Positions 40,801 through 50,645 of a DNA stretch of 64,000 nucleotides are shown in pieces. The notes under the pieces were generated by a model. The model ran no database searches. It saw nothing but the letters and a program-made list of their open reading frames with translations, and was not told the origin of the DNA. The stretch spans positions 736,001-800,000 of the forward strand of contig CAXXHB010000003.1 in assembly GCA_963664815.2 (NCBI GenBank), written 5' to 3'. Made by a program: the position numbers and the translations under genes. Numbering within the stretch: the stretch's first letter is position 1; each line of letters starts with the position of its first letter. This DNA is from Spirochaetota bacterium. GTDB taxonomy: Bacteria > Spirochaetota > UBA4802 > UBA5550.

Positions 40801-42453
40801 ATGAAAATTAAATTTATATCAGCCGGTTTATTGGCTCTGTTACTGTCAATATCCTTTAATGCAGGCTGCAGTAAAGGTTCAGGTGATGAGCCTGCGGCAA
40901 ATACTGTCACAAATTCTATTAATGGTACAGCAGCCAAAGGTGCGCCGCTTGTAAATGCGGATGTTACTGTAAAAGACAAAAACGGGAGAGTTAAAGCTGC
41001 CACGACAGACGGTATGGGTAAATTTAGCGTTGATGCTTCAGATTTGACTTTTCCTGTAATTATCATGGTAAATAAATCAACCGATACTGTTGTCACTTAC
41101 TGTACGGAGAGAGGTGCAGCAAACGCCACGCCGTTTACAACATCTATTATCGGCCTTACTTTGCGAAGCAATCCTGCGCTTATAGATATGACTTCGGGAA
41201 GCCCGCTGAACCAGGACTTCTCTTCAATCCAGGGTGTAACGGACAGGTTTATGAGCGTTCTGAAAAAGATCTGCCAGGCCGACACGAATATGTCTAATCT
41301 TCTCGGCAGCTTTAATCTTTTTACATCACCTTTTGTCGCATCCGGCAGCGGATTTGACCTTATTCTTGATGTTGCAAAGATAAATGTGCCCGATTTTTCA
41401 CAGTTTAAAGTTAAAGTAACTGTCGGCGGAACAGCAATTGATGTAGATCTGCAGAATATTGATTCAACAGAATTTAGCGCAATACAAAGTGCTTATACAA
41501 CAGCCGCTGAAGATGCAAGACTTAAAAACGAGAAGATAGTAATTTTTTCAAATAGTTATTATGATGATCAGCTTCAAAAATATATAACGAAAACTTATAA
41601 AATGAAATACGATGGCACCGGGCTTGAGGAGCTGACCATGCCGGATGGATTTACAACTGAAACTTTTCATCCAATTGCTGTATGCCTGTCAGGTAAAGGA
41701 TATTTTTTATATGAATATTCTTCAAATGCTGGAAATTCAAATCAGGATACCAGAATTGTCCAGTACAATTGGGATGGAACAAACAGAACTGTTCTTGTTG
41801 AAGAGGATGGTATAAGCAGAGTAGCTTTTTTTTCAGATGGAACAAGAATGGTTTATAAAAATTCAACAGGCACTGAAGCTTCTATCGAATATAAAGTTTA
41901 TTCAAAATCTTTAACTAACAGTGCAGAATCTGCTAAAGAATTATACACCGCTCCTCAGGGTTTTAATATTCTTTATACGCCTGAACCTGTATACGATGGT
42001 AATTTTATCTATTCATACGGTGGTGTAACGGGTTCTTTAAAACCTTTCAGACTTAAGTTTATTTCCGAAAATGAGCCATGGATCAAACAGGATATAAAAA
42101 ATACAGATTTCAACGACGACGGAAAGATTGTTCATGCTTCAAGGGATGGTAAAACAGCGGTTTATATTAAAGAAACTGATGATGAAAACTATATCTATTC
42201 GGGAAAAATAACAGAAAGCGGTGATAAGACTACTTTTTCCATAGAGAGTGAAAGACAGATTACAACAAAAGAATCTTGTAGTCCAAGATGGACACCGGAC
42301 GGAAGGATTATTTTTATAGAAACTGTAAGAGACGAAGGTAACGATTATTGTCAGCATGTTTGTATTATCAATAATGATGGAAGTAATAAAACAGATCTTA
42401 CTCCTGATATTATTAAAGGGTATATTGCCGGAGAATTAATCATTCAGCAGTAA
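40801..42453 (+). CDS. lipoprotein with carboxypeptidase-regulatory-like N-domain and TolB-like C-terminal propeller
   Basis: NAGC lipobox; GTAAKGAPL.NA.VTVKD.NG....TTD..G.F; SPRWTPDG, NNDGSN. Confidence 0.75.
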   Translation: MKIKFISAGLLALLLSISFNAGCSKGSGDEPAANTVTNSINGTAAKGAPLVNADVTVKDKNGRVKAATTDGMGKFSVDASDLTFPVIIMVNKSTDTVVTYCTERGAANATPFTTSIIGLTLRSNPALIDMTSGSPLNQDFSSIQGVTDRFMSVLKKICQADTNMSNLLGSFNLFTSPFVASGSGFDLILDVAKINVPDFSQFKVKVTVGGTAIDVDLQNIDSTEFSAIQSAYTTAAEDARLKNEKIVIFSNSYYDDQLQKYITKTYKMKYDGTGLEELTMPDGFTTETFHPIAVCLSGKGYFLYEYSSNAGNSNQDTRIVQYNWDGTNRTVLVEEDGISRVAFFSDGTRMVYKNSTGTEASIEYKVYSKSLTNSAESAKELYTAPQGFNILYTPEPVYDGNFIYSYGGVTGSLKPFRLKFISENEPWIKQDIKNTDFNDDGKIVHASRDGKTAVYIKETDDENYIYSGKITESGDKTTFSIESERQITTKESCSPRWTPDGRIIFIETVRDEGNDYCQHVCIINNDGSNKTDLTPDIIKGYIAGELIIQQ

Positions 42454-42595
42454 GGACTGAATGGTTTTCTTCGGGCTGAGAGATGTCATTAACTGACGGA
42501 TAGAGATAAGTAACTGATTTATCAGTACAGTTTTTTAAAAACTGATGATAGAGTTTATTGGTAAAAAATTATTCATGAAAAACAGGAGGTTTTAG

Positions 42596-42859
42596 ATGAA
42601 ACGTATTTTGCCGGTTTTAATCTGTTTCGCTGTATCGTGTTCTTCAATGGTCAAATCAAATAACAATGATTCGGAATTATCTGTCAGGAAACGGGCGAGT
42701 TTTGAAATCAACTGCAGTCAGGATAAGCTGAAAATAATACCGATAGAGTATTACCCGAGCGGACTTCTTAAATACATCGGTGTTGAAGGGTGCGGGAAGA
42801 GACTGGTGTATGTTGAAAAAACACCGGGCGATTGGGTGTTAAACAGCAGTTCAAAATAA
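42596..42859 (+). CDS. small Cys-containing lipoprotein, paralog of 44474
   Basis: CAGGAGG RBS, VSC lipobox, RASFEINC..DKLK, IGVEGCGKR, WVLNS. Confidence 0.8.
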   Translation: MKRILPVLICFAVSCSSMVKSNNNDSELSVRKRASFEINCSQDKLKIIPIEYYPSGLLKYIGVEGCGKRLVYVEKTPGDWVLNSSSK

Positions 42860-43195
42860 TTAAACATGAAAATAAATACTTAAAACTTTATATGAAGAGC
42901 GTATTAATATAAAAGTTAAAAATAACTATGCGGATGTTTGTGGATAAAAGGGAAGCCTTTAAATAAAAAAGTATCAAAGGTAATCGCCTTCGCAGGAGTA
43001 ATTTTTGTCGGGAAATTTATGAAAACTACGAAGGCGATTACTGCTTACCGGGATAAAAATATTGTCTGAATATTATAAAAGTCTGAAGCGGGTGATGTGA
43101 TCCCGGAAACTCTGTCCGGAGCAGTATCAATTGTAACAGCATACGGTTACATCTGGTATAGTTTCAGACAGAAATAAAAAGTCCAGGATTATTAA

Positions 43196-44377
43196 ATGAC
43201 TGAAATGAAGAGATTATCAGTTGAAGAACTGAAGCCGGGAATGGTTTTCAGCAAGAGTGTCTATATAAGCAGCGATGATATTCTGCTCGCGCCAAGTGTT
43301 CCCCTTAAGAGTGAAGATATAAAAAAACTCATGAAATGGGGGGTAACAATTGTAGAAACGGCTGGCGATCTGATTCAGTCCGGCACGGCAACCAGAGCAA
43401 ATGCATCTCTTAAAAGCGGACAGGTTCTTGAGAGTTACGAGCAGCTCCTGACTATGAGAAAAAGGTTTATTGAAATTCACGGTAACGCCTGTTTCCTTAT
43501 TGAACAGGTTTATATTGCCGTAAGGAAGGATCGCTCCATTGAGCTCCCGGCAGTACAGAAAACTGTAAATGATATCATTGGTCTGCTTAAAGAAAACAGC
43601 AATGTTTTTCTTTTTCTTAACGGTTTTGACGATGTTGAAAGAAACTATCTTGTAACACATTCCGTCAATGTTACCTTTTACAGCCTTATCCTTGGCCAGG
43701 CGATGAACTATAACGAGAAACAGATGCTTGAACTTGGAACAGGTACAATCCTTATTGATGCCGGAATGACAAAGGTTCCGGTTTATATAGTCCATAAGCA
43801 GTCAAGACTGACTGACAGTGAATATCAGATGATAAAGGCTCATCCTGTTCACGGGTATAAATCGCTTCGAAGCTACCCGCAGATTAATGAAAAAATAACC
43901 AATATATCCCTTCAGCATCATGAGCAGTTTGATGGAAAAGGTTATCCCAGAGGTTTAAAAGGAAAAGAGATTGATGAATACGCCCGAATTGCGTCTATAG
44001 CAGACAGTTATGAATCCCAGATATCAAACAGAAGCTACAGGGAAAAAGTCGGAGCCTATCATGCGATGAAGAATCTCCTTGCAGGTGGTGTTAATAAATT
44101 TGATCCTGAGATCCTGAAAATATTTTTATCACGAATGTCCGTATATCCCATAGGCTCACTGGTTGAATTAAATGATCAGACCATCGGGCTTGTAATAGGC
44201 TCCATAGCCGAGAAGCCTCTGCGACCTGTTATCAAGCTGGTATTCGACTCCAGGCATGAGAAGATTGCAGATACGCAGATTATAAATCTGCTTGAAGATA
44301 CAACAAAGTACATAACTAAGGTACTTAATGAAAAAGAAGCTGGGATAAATCTCTTCGATGTTCTCTGGGGTTATTAA
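43196..44377 (+). CDS. HD-GYP domain protein with degenerate HD (ID)
   Basis: THSVNV, ILIDAGM, HPVHGY, HHEQFDGKGYPRGL, IADSY, YPIGSLVELN. Confidence 0.9.
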   Translation: MTEMKRLSVEELKPGMVFSKSVYISSDDILLAPSVPLKSEDIKKLMKWGVTIVETAGDLIQSGTATRANASLKSGQVLESYEQLLTMRKRFIEIHGNACFLIEQVYIAVRKDRSIELPAVQKTVNDIIGLLKENSNVFLFLNGFDDVERNYLVTHSVNVTFYSLILGQAMNYNEKQMLELGTGTILIDAGMTKVPVYIVHKQSRLTDSEYQMIKAHPVHGYKSLRSYPQINEKITNISLQHHEQFDGKGYPRGLKGKEIDEYARIASIADSYESQISNRSYREKVGAYHAMKNLLAGGVNKFDPEILKIFLSRMSVYPIGSLVELNDQTIGLVIGSIAEKPLRPVIKLVFDSRHEKIADTQIINLLEDTTKYITKVLNEKEAGINLFDVLWGY

Positions 44378-44473
44378 TCCGTGCTAACAATAGAAAAATG
44401 TACGAGTTCAGTAACCCGGGCGACAGTTTACAAATTATGATATATAAAAATAAAAAGTTAATTTGAGGTCTAT

Positions 44474-44770
44474 ATGAAAAAGATTCTGTTACTAATGATT
44501 TGTATGTGTTTCTCTATTTATTCTGTTTCCTGTATCTCAATGGCTGAAGCTGCTAAATTTGATAATGAAAATGCGGAAAAAACTTTAAGAAACCGGGCCG
44601 GTTTTGAAATGAGTTGTCCGGAAGACAAATTAAAACTGACAGTTATCGAAAAAAATGATGATGGATTTTATACAAGGATAGGAATTGCAGGATGTGGAAA
44701 AAGAGGAATGTACATGAGAGTTGTAAATGGTGGTAAATACGAGTGGATATTGAATAGTACAGGCAATTAG
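44474..44770 (+). CDS. small Cys-containing lipoprotein, paralog of 42596
   Basis: GAGG RBS, VSC, RAGFEMSC..DKLK, IGIAGCGKR, WILNS. Confidence 0.8.
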   Translation: MKKILLLMICMCFSIYSVSCISMAEAAKFDNENAEKTLRNRAGFEMSCPEDKLKLTVIEKNDDGFYTRIGIAGCGKRGMYMRVVNGGKYEWILNSTGN

Positions 44771-45014
44771 CAGATAAACATATATTACATAAGCCCGAAA
44801 ATCAGCAGAGCATCCTTTATGAATGATAAGGGAAAGCATGGTCTTATTTTAATAAATATATAATTAACAGTATTCAGATATTACCATAAGTTTTGAAAGC
44901 CGCGGAATGTGTTAAAAGAGTTATGAATTCCCTGACAGATAAAAACTCCCTGCGGTAATTTCAGAAAGCTGAAAAACAATATTTTAAAATTTAATCTGAA
45001 AAATTTAACTATTG

Positions 45015-45641
45015 GTGAATTTAAAAGTGAGAGATTTTGCTATGTACAGCATCGCACCGGAAGAAATGCTCAAAATACTTTTTTCAAATTCAATTGAGGC
45101 ACACTGGATATGGAATCTGCATACAATGCAGTTTGAAGAGGTATATATTAACAGCAGAAACGCCGGACTTATACCGGAGGATGTTTTTACCAGCATGCTT
45201 GTGGAGCGGGTGTTGAAAGAGGACCGTAAAAGAGTATTAAACATAATTGTTGAGCATATCAGTATTGCCAAAGCCGGGGAGAAGCATATTAAAATTCCTC
45301 CAATCTATACTCATCTTATCAATGGATACGGCAATTATGTGCCAGCTGTAATTAATCTGACTGTCTATTACGATCAGAACATCAATGATGCCACACTTCT
45401 TGTCGGAGATATCAGGATAGATTACAAGCAGCAATATATAGGGATACTGAACCGCATACTCAGCAAACGCGAAAAAGAATGCCTGTCACATGTGCTGAAT
45501 GGTAAAAGTCATAAGGAGATACTCCGCTTAATGATGATTGAAAATTCAACATTGAGTACATACAAGAAAAATATAGTGAATAAAAGCGGCTACTCTCTCA
45601 GTCAGATAAAATACATACTTAAAAACACGATTATTCAGTAA
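45015..45641 (+). CDS. LuxR-type HTH regulator, copy 2
   Basis: Near-identical to 33342-33968; GTG start chosen by analogy with copy 1. Confidence 0.8.
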   Translation: MNLKVRDFAMYSIAPEEMLKILFSNSIEAHWIWNLHTMQFEEVYINSRNAGLIPEDVFTSMLVERVLKEDRKRVLNIIVEHISIAKAGEKHIKIPPIYTHLINGYGNYVPAVINLTVYYDQNINDATLLVGDIRIDYKQQYIGILNRILSKREKECLSHVLNGKSHKEILRLMMIENSTLSTYKKNIVNKSGYSLSQIKYILKNTIIQ

Positions 45642-45755
45642 TTACCTGTGTGTGGAAGACAGTAATCGTTTACTCCCTGTTATGGTTCGGGTGAGACATG
45701 TTTATCCGCCGGCCCATGAGCAGTTCCACTGTTGTTTTGCAGTTATTAAACATTT

Positions 45756-45873
45756 AAGATTTAGTACTACGAATTCATAGAAGATACGCTTAATACATAG
45801 AACGGAATTTTAACTCCTGGCGGAATATTCTATTGAAAATTTAGACACTGGGAATAAAAGACTGCAGATAACC
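45756..45873 (+). promoter_or_regulatory. conserved 118-bp upstream element, copy 2
   Basis: Matches 40534-40651. Confidence 0.7.
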
Positions 45874-46068
45874 GGTGCTCTGTCGGGAAATAAAACTGCT
45901 GCTATGATGATGAACATGGCGTATCATTTTGCGGTAATAACTCATAACCGAAAGTTTATGAAGGCAACAGAGAGAGGCCGCCCGAAACCAGGGATACATG
46001 TATGCTATGCAGAATTTTTCACAATGAAGATTAAAAGGATTTAAAAAAAATTTAATAAAGGAGTTTTT

Positions 46069-46521
46069 ATGAAAAGATTCATGCCGGCCATTATTACTGT
46101 TTTATTTTTACTGCAAGGTTGTAGTTCAGGTGGAAAAATTGATGATCAGATGTATGTTAAATACTTAACTAAATCTTACAATTATTCAATGGATAAATGC
46201 TTTAGTGCAACCCTCGCTGCTTTAAAAGAAAGTAAAATCGGAATTGAAAAACAGGATCGGGCAAAGGGAATAATAATAACGGACCGTGTTGTTTTTAAAG
46301 AATCGGCTCAAGGGGGACAGGGTTATGCGACTCTTGTGTCTTATTCTCATAAATATTATTTTCAGATTTCAGGTAAAGGTAACAACTCTATTATTAAGGT
46401 TTATAAATATAGAACATGGAGAAATAGTGAAGAAGTATTTGAAATAGATTATGATTTGCGCACTGGAACTCTTTGGAATCCTTTATTCAATGAAATAAAG
46501 ATAAAACTGGAAGAGATGTAA
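46069..46521 (+). CDS. lipoprotein, tandem paralog A
   Basis: AAGGAG RBS, LQGC lipobox, shared motifs with 46566. Confidence 0.8.
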   Translation: MKRFMPAIITVLFLLQGCSSGGKIDDQMYVKYLTKSYNYSMDKCFSATLAALKESKIGIEKQDRAKGIIITDRVVFKESAQGGQGYATLVSYSHKYYFQISGKGNNSIIKVYKYRTWRNSEEVFEIDYDLRTGTLWNPLFNEIKIKLEEM

Positions 46522-46565
46522 TGTTTATAGGTAATTATAAAAAAATTTTAATAAAAGAGGATTTT

Positions 46566-47009
46566 ATGAAAAGATTTATACCGGCAATTATTGTACTTTT
46601 GATTTTACTCACAGGTTGCTTTAAAACATACAAAATGGACGATCCTGAATTATATGATAAACATTTGACAAGATCATTCAATTATTCCAGAGAAAAATCA
46701 TTTAATGCAACACTTGCTGCTTTGAAAGAAATGAAAACCGGAATAGAAAAGGTGGATATTGAAAAGGGAATTATAATCACAGATAAAGCAGTATATGAGG
46801 AAAGATTTGACCGCGGTAAACTTCATACTTTTAAAAATAAATATTATTTCCAGATTACAGGAAATGGTAATAACTCCACTGTCAAAGTTTATAAATACAG
46901 GGAATGGGATAATAATGTTGAATTAGAGGGTGTATATCCCCCTTATCAGGGAGAAAAACTTTGGAATCCTTTATTCAAAGAGATTCAGAATCAGCTTGAT
47001 GTGAGGTAA
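46566..47009 (+). CDS. lipoprotein, tandem paralog B
   Basis: AGAGG RBS, LTGC lipobox; ATLAALKE, KGIIITD, KYYFQI, KVYKYR, LWNPLF. Confidence 0.8.
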   Translation: MKRFIPAIIVLLILLTGCFKTYKMDDPELYDKHLTRSFNYSREKSFNATLAALKEMKTGIEKVDIEKGIIITDKAVYEERFDRGKLHTFKNKYYFQITGNGNNSTVKVYKYREWDNNVELEGVYPPYQGEKLWNPLFKEIQNQLDVR

Positions 47010-47100
47010 AAATAACACGCTTCGCAGTTGCCCATGGGAGCCGCAATTGTTGTTGACGGATGTAAGCCGGCCTGATATATCCTTGTCTGAGGGTATATTG

Positions 47101-47715
47101 ATGAAAAGAGTATTTATTTGTATAGTTACAGCTGCATTGTTAACCGGTTCAACTTATTATGCTCCTGTTACTTATCCCTTCGGGCATGCAGTTGTTATGG
47201 GGCTTAATGCGTCAAAAGTATTTTATTTTCTTAAAAACCGTGGATATGATGCATATATATCAAAATCCTGGAACAACCAGACTGCGGTTTTTGAAAGGAA
47301 AATGACAGACAGGGATCAGGGAGCAGTTCTCAGTAACCTGTTATCAAAAGAGCTAAGCTGTACTGTTATATATTTTTACAGCAAGCGTGAAAATCAGCTC
47401 AGCATATATGCATATAACAAGGGTGCTCAACTTATGAGATATGAGGGCTGTATAGATTATGATCATGATACATGCCTCCCTATGATTGCGGGTCTTGATA
47501 AATTACTCGAAGTTTTAGGGAAGCAGAATCAGATTAAAGAGATTAAAGAAAGCTTATGTTATAAAGAGACTGTCGATTCAGTCCGTATCCATAAAGACTT
47601 TGTTAAGGTTATGGGACTCACGTCGTACAGCACGCCCTTCGGTTATGATTTTTTTAAAACAAATTATGAGCAGCTGAAAGACAAACAAATGTCGGAAATT
47701 ATCAGAGTTAAATAG
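47101..47715 (+). CDS. hypothetical exported protein
   Basis: GAGG RBS, signal peptide MKRVFICIVTAALL. Confidence 0.65.
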   Translation: MKRVFICIVTAALLTGSTYYAPVTYPFGHAVVMGLNASKVFYFLKNRGYDAYISKSWNNQTAVFERKMTDRDQGAVLSNLLSKELSCTVIYFYSKRENQLSIYAYNKGAQLMRYEGCIDYDHDTCLPMIAGLDKLLEVLGKQNQIKEIKESLCYKETVDSVRIHKDFVKVMGLTSYSTPFGYDFFKTNYEQLKDKQMSEIIRVK

Positions 47716-47922
47716 TTAAAATATAACTTTAATCCTGCCGATCTCTCCGCTCATGAGGCGGACTTTAATACCGTGCGGATGTGACGGTGAATTTGTAAGT
47801 ATGTCCTTTACTATTCCCTCGGTAAGTTTTTCATTTTGCTGATCTTTCTTTAAAACTACAGCGACTTTCATGCCGGTTTTGATCGATGAGCGTTTTGTGC
47901 CATCCATATTATATACCTTCAT
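47716..47922 (-). CDS. YwbE family (DUF2196) protein
   Basis: VVLKKDQ...LTEGIVKDILTNSPSHPHGIKVRL..GEIGR. Confidence 0.9.
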   Translation of the reverse strand: MKVYNMDGTKRSSIKTGMKVAVVLKKDQQNEKLTEGIVKDILTNSPSHPHGIKVRLMSGEIGRIKVIF

Positions 47923-48376
47923 CCGTATTTTTCTTATGCCTTGTCAGAAAACGGTCAAGCTGACCGGCAAAGGCCTGACGGTCACGGTTTGAGAAGGAGT
48001 TTTGTCTTCCGGCATTAATGCCGCTGTTTCTCAGGTCATCCATAAGGTCTCTCATGGCAAGCCTCTCCTTTATGTTTTCTTTGGTATAAAATTCACCTCT
48101 CGGGTTAAGAGCAAAACCTCCGCGGGTAACTGCACGGTCTGCTAACGGGATGTCCGCAGTAATAACGAGGTCTCCCGGATTAACCATCTCCGCAATACGG
48201 TCATCAGCTTCATCCGGACCTGCAGGAACAACAATTGATGAAATAAATGATGATTCAGGAAATTTTAAAGGCTGATTTGCGACAAGTACCAGCTGAATTC
48301 TGTTACGCTCAACTGCGCGGAAGAGAATATCCTTAACCGCAACAGGTGTGGAATCAGCATCTATAAGTATCCTCAT
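47909..48376 (-). CDS. YaiI/YqxD family (DUF188) protein
   Basis: ILIDADS.PV, VAN, DEADD.I, DLVITADIPLA, LNPRGE. Confidence 0.92.
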   Translation of the reverse strand: MRILIDADSTPVAVKDILFRAVERNRIQLVLVANQPLKFPESSFISSIVVPAGPDEADDRIAEMVNPGDLVITADIPLADRAVTRGGFALNPRGEFYTKENIKERLAMRDLMDDLRNSGINAGRQNSFSNRDRQAFAGQLDRFLTRHKKNTDEGI

Positions 48377-48581
48377 AAGAAAATATTATCCATGTAAATA
48401 TATTTAAAAAACATTTTCATGATACTTTTATCGCTGCATTTTTTGTCAAGGAAGTAAATAATAAGTAATTCCGGTAAACGCATTTGTGGATGAAGCTATA
48501 AAAAAATTTCTTGAAACATGCCTGTAAATAAATTAAATTTTGTATCGGAACCATTTTACATATACAATTGTGGAGAATTTT

Positions 48582-49457
48582 ATGAAAAAAGAGATGATTC
48601 TGTTTTTTGCAGTAATAACTCTTTTAATATCCTGTTCAAGGGAGTATGATAAAAAAAACAGGATTGTATTTAACAGAAATACCGGTACATATGATCAGAT
48701 ATTTATTATAGACAATGACACAGGCAATCAGGTGCAGATCACCAGTGGAAGCTATAATTCCAATTACTGCTCCTGGTCTCCTGATGGGAAAAGAATTGTT
48801 TTCAGATCAGATCGTGGCGGCAGTAGTTTCGATATTTTCACCATGAATTCCGATGGTACCAATGTTAAGCAGCTTACCAATAACACTGCCGGGGATGATA
48901 CGCCAACCTGGACCACTGATGGGAGCAGAATTCTTTTCAGTTCAAATATATCAGGCAATTACGATATATATATAATAAATACTGACGGCAGCAACCTTAT
49001 ACAGCTTACTACTGATACATATCATGAATTTGATCCATCAATGTCGCCCGATGGTACAAAAATTGCATTTTCCCGCTTCAATGGTTCAGATTATGAAATA
49101 TTTGTTATGAAAGCTGATGGTACAAATTCTGTAAATATTACAAATAATGCAGGATATGACGATGCTTTCCCTACCTGGTCCTATGATGGATCAAAAATCC
49201 TGTATCAGGTAAATACCGGCACTTATTATGATATTGCAATAATGAATTCAGATGGCTCCGGAAAAGTAATGCTGACAAACACGTCATCTATAGATGATAC
49301 GGATGCTGTCTGGTCACCTGACGGCAATGAAATAATCTTTGCAAGGGGAACTACATCTTATAATATCTATAAAATGAAAGCTGACGGTTCGGGAATGGCG
49401 CAGCTAACCACTGTCAACAGCAATCGTTATCCCTGTTTTGAATATAGACCGAAGTAA
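48582..49457 (+). CDS. TolB-like PD40 beta-propeller lipoprotein, paralog of 17463
   Basis: ISC lipobox, SCSREY, repeated WSPDG motifs; ATG 48582 after GGAG. Confidence 0.88.
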   Translation: MKKEMILFFAVITLLISCSREYDKKNRIVFNRNTGTYDQIFIIDNDTGNQVQITSGSYNSNYCSWSPDGKRIVFRSDRGGSSFDIFTMNSDGTNVKQLTNNTAGDDTPTWTTDGSRILFSSNISGNYDIYIINTDGSNLIQLTTDTYHEFDPSMSPDGTKIAFSRFNGSDYEIFVMKADGTNSVNITNNAGYDDAFPTWSYDGSKILYQVNTGTYYDIAIMNSDGSGKVMLTNTSSIDDTDAVWSPDGNEIIFARGTTSYNIYKMKADGSGMAQLTTVNSNRYPCFEYRPK

Positions 49458-49561
49458 GGCTGTTTCCCCAATGCTTCATGGGGAGTTCATGACTAAGTGT
49501 TTTTTAATACATATATTTTCATGTATAAAAAACACCTGGCAGTTTTAAAGGGAGGAATACA

Positions 49562-49930
49562 ATGAAAGACTTTAATGTCAAAAAAACCTTTACCATATTT
49601 TCTTTGAATCATTTTCCGGAAAACACTTTGAGAAATAAAAATATAATAATCTCTGCCGTATTAATATTTTATATCTCTTTTTTTATTCTTGCGGGATGTG
49701 CTGAGCATCCTGCTGCAGAGAGACTGGAACCGGTAAAGACAGAACAGGAAAAAACTCTAAGCAGACCACGATTGAGAGAATGTCCGGATGTAATGATAAT
49801 AAACAGGATGCCGGAATCAAAGGGGCCTTCGGTCTATTATTTAGTGAAGGGGCAGAGACGGGAGATAAGCGATATGGACACAGAATGGTTATGGGAAAAC
49901 TGCAAAATCAGGGAACAGATTGTATATTGA
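49562..49930 (+). CDS. small lipoprotein
   Basis: GGAGG RBS, LAGC lipobox, CPD...NRMP...W..ENC. Confidence 0.65.
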   Translation: MKDFNVKKTFTIFSLNHFPENTLRNKNIIISAVLIFYISFFILAGCAEHPAAERLEPVKTEQEKTLSRPRLRECPDVMIINRMPESKGPSVYYLVKGQRREISDMDTEWLWENCKIREQIVY

Positions 49931-49951
49931 AAACCCTGATATGAGTCTGTA

Positions 49952-50166
49952 TTATTTTTTAAGAGGATTTAAAATAAACCCATACATGGATTTTTCATCA
50001 GAAACACTGGCCATTCCATCGTGGAAGCTGTCATAGCTTCGAAAATTTTTCCTTTTACTGAAATTATAATATTTCCTTTGCTGTTTATATATCCACTGGT
50101 ACTTGAAGAATCATATGGAGATCTGGATATTACTTTACTCCCTTCGACATATGCAAGACCTTCATG
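49952..50166 (-). pseudogene. remnant of a WG-repeat protein (C-terminal fragment, frameshifted)
   Basis: HEGLAYV...SGYINSKGNIII, then after a frameshift SFHDGMASVSDEKSMYGFILNPLKK*; no start codon. Confidence 0.7.
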
Positions 50167-50193
50167 GATCCTGCTGCCTGTTTAACGCGTTTT

Positions 50194-50631
50194 TCATGTA
50201 TTGAGAATCATATAATCACAACTGGCGGAAGCTACAAGCTTTTTGTCTTTATTGTATGCCTCACCCTCCATGTGAATTATCCTTTTACCCTTAGACTTGA
50301 CCCTGGCTGTGACAGTCAGTTCGTCTCCAGGAAAAACAGGACGGTGATAACTGGCGTTTATATCCACCATGGCCGAGGATGGCGTGCCGGATGACACGGC
50401 GCATAGAGGACCGAAAACATTGTCAAAGGCGGCTGTAATGATGCCCCCCTGCATTGAACCGCCGGGATTGAGATAGGAATCAAATACGGGGAATGTCACT
50501 GTCAGTGATGTTCCCGGTTTATATTCCGTAAGTCTTCCTTTCATATTGGTGAAACAGGGTGGGGGAGTGGGGAGATCGATACTTATCCCTCCGTAAGGTT
50601 CGTATATCTCTTTATGACCATTATCTTTCAT
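50194..50631 (-). CDS. PaaI-family thioesterase
   Basis: YLNPGGSMQGGIITAAFDNVFGPL, YHRPV. Confidence 0.9.
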   Translation of the reverse strand: MKDNGHKEIYEPYGGISIDLPTPPPCFTNMKGRLTEYKPGTSLTVTFPVFDSYLNPGGSMQGGIITAAFDNVFGPLCAVSSGTPSSAMVDINASYHRPVFPGDELTVTARVKSKGKRIIHMEGEAYNKDKKLVASASCDYMILNT

Positions 50632-50645
50632 TTCATCTACCTCTG

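Noticed and set aside
42980-43041. 13-bp inverted repeat GTAATCGCCTTCG/CGAAGGCGATTAC as a MITE or riboswitch
   Set aside because: Single copy, no target duplication or known aptamer; probably a terminator or leader hairpin
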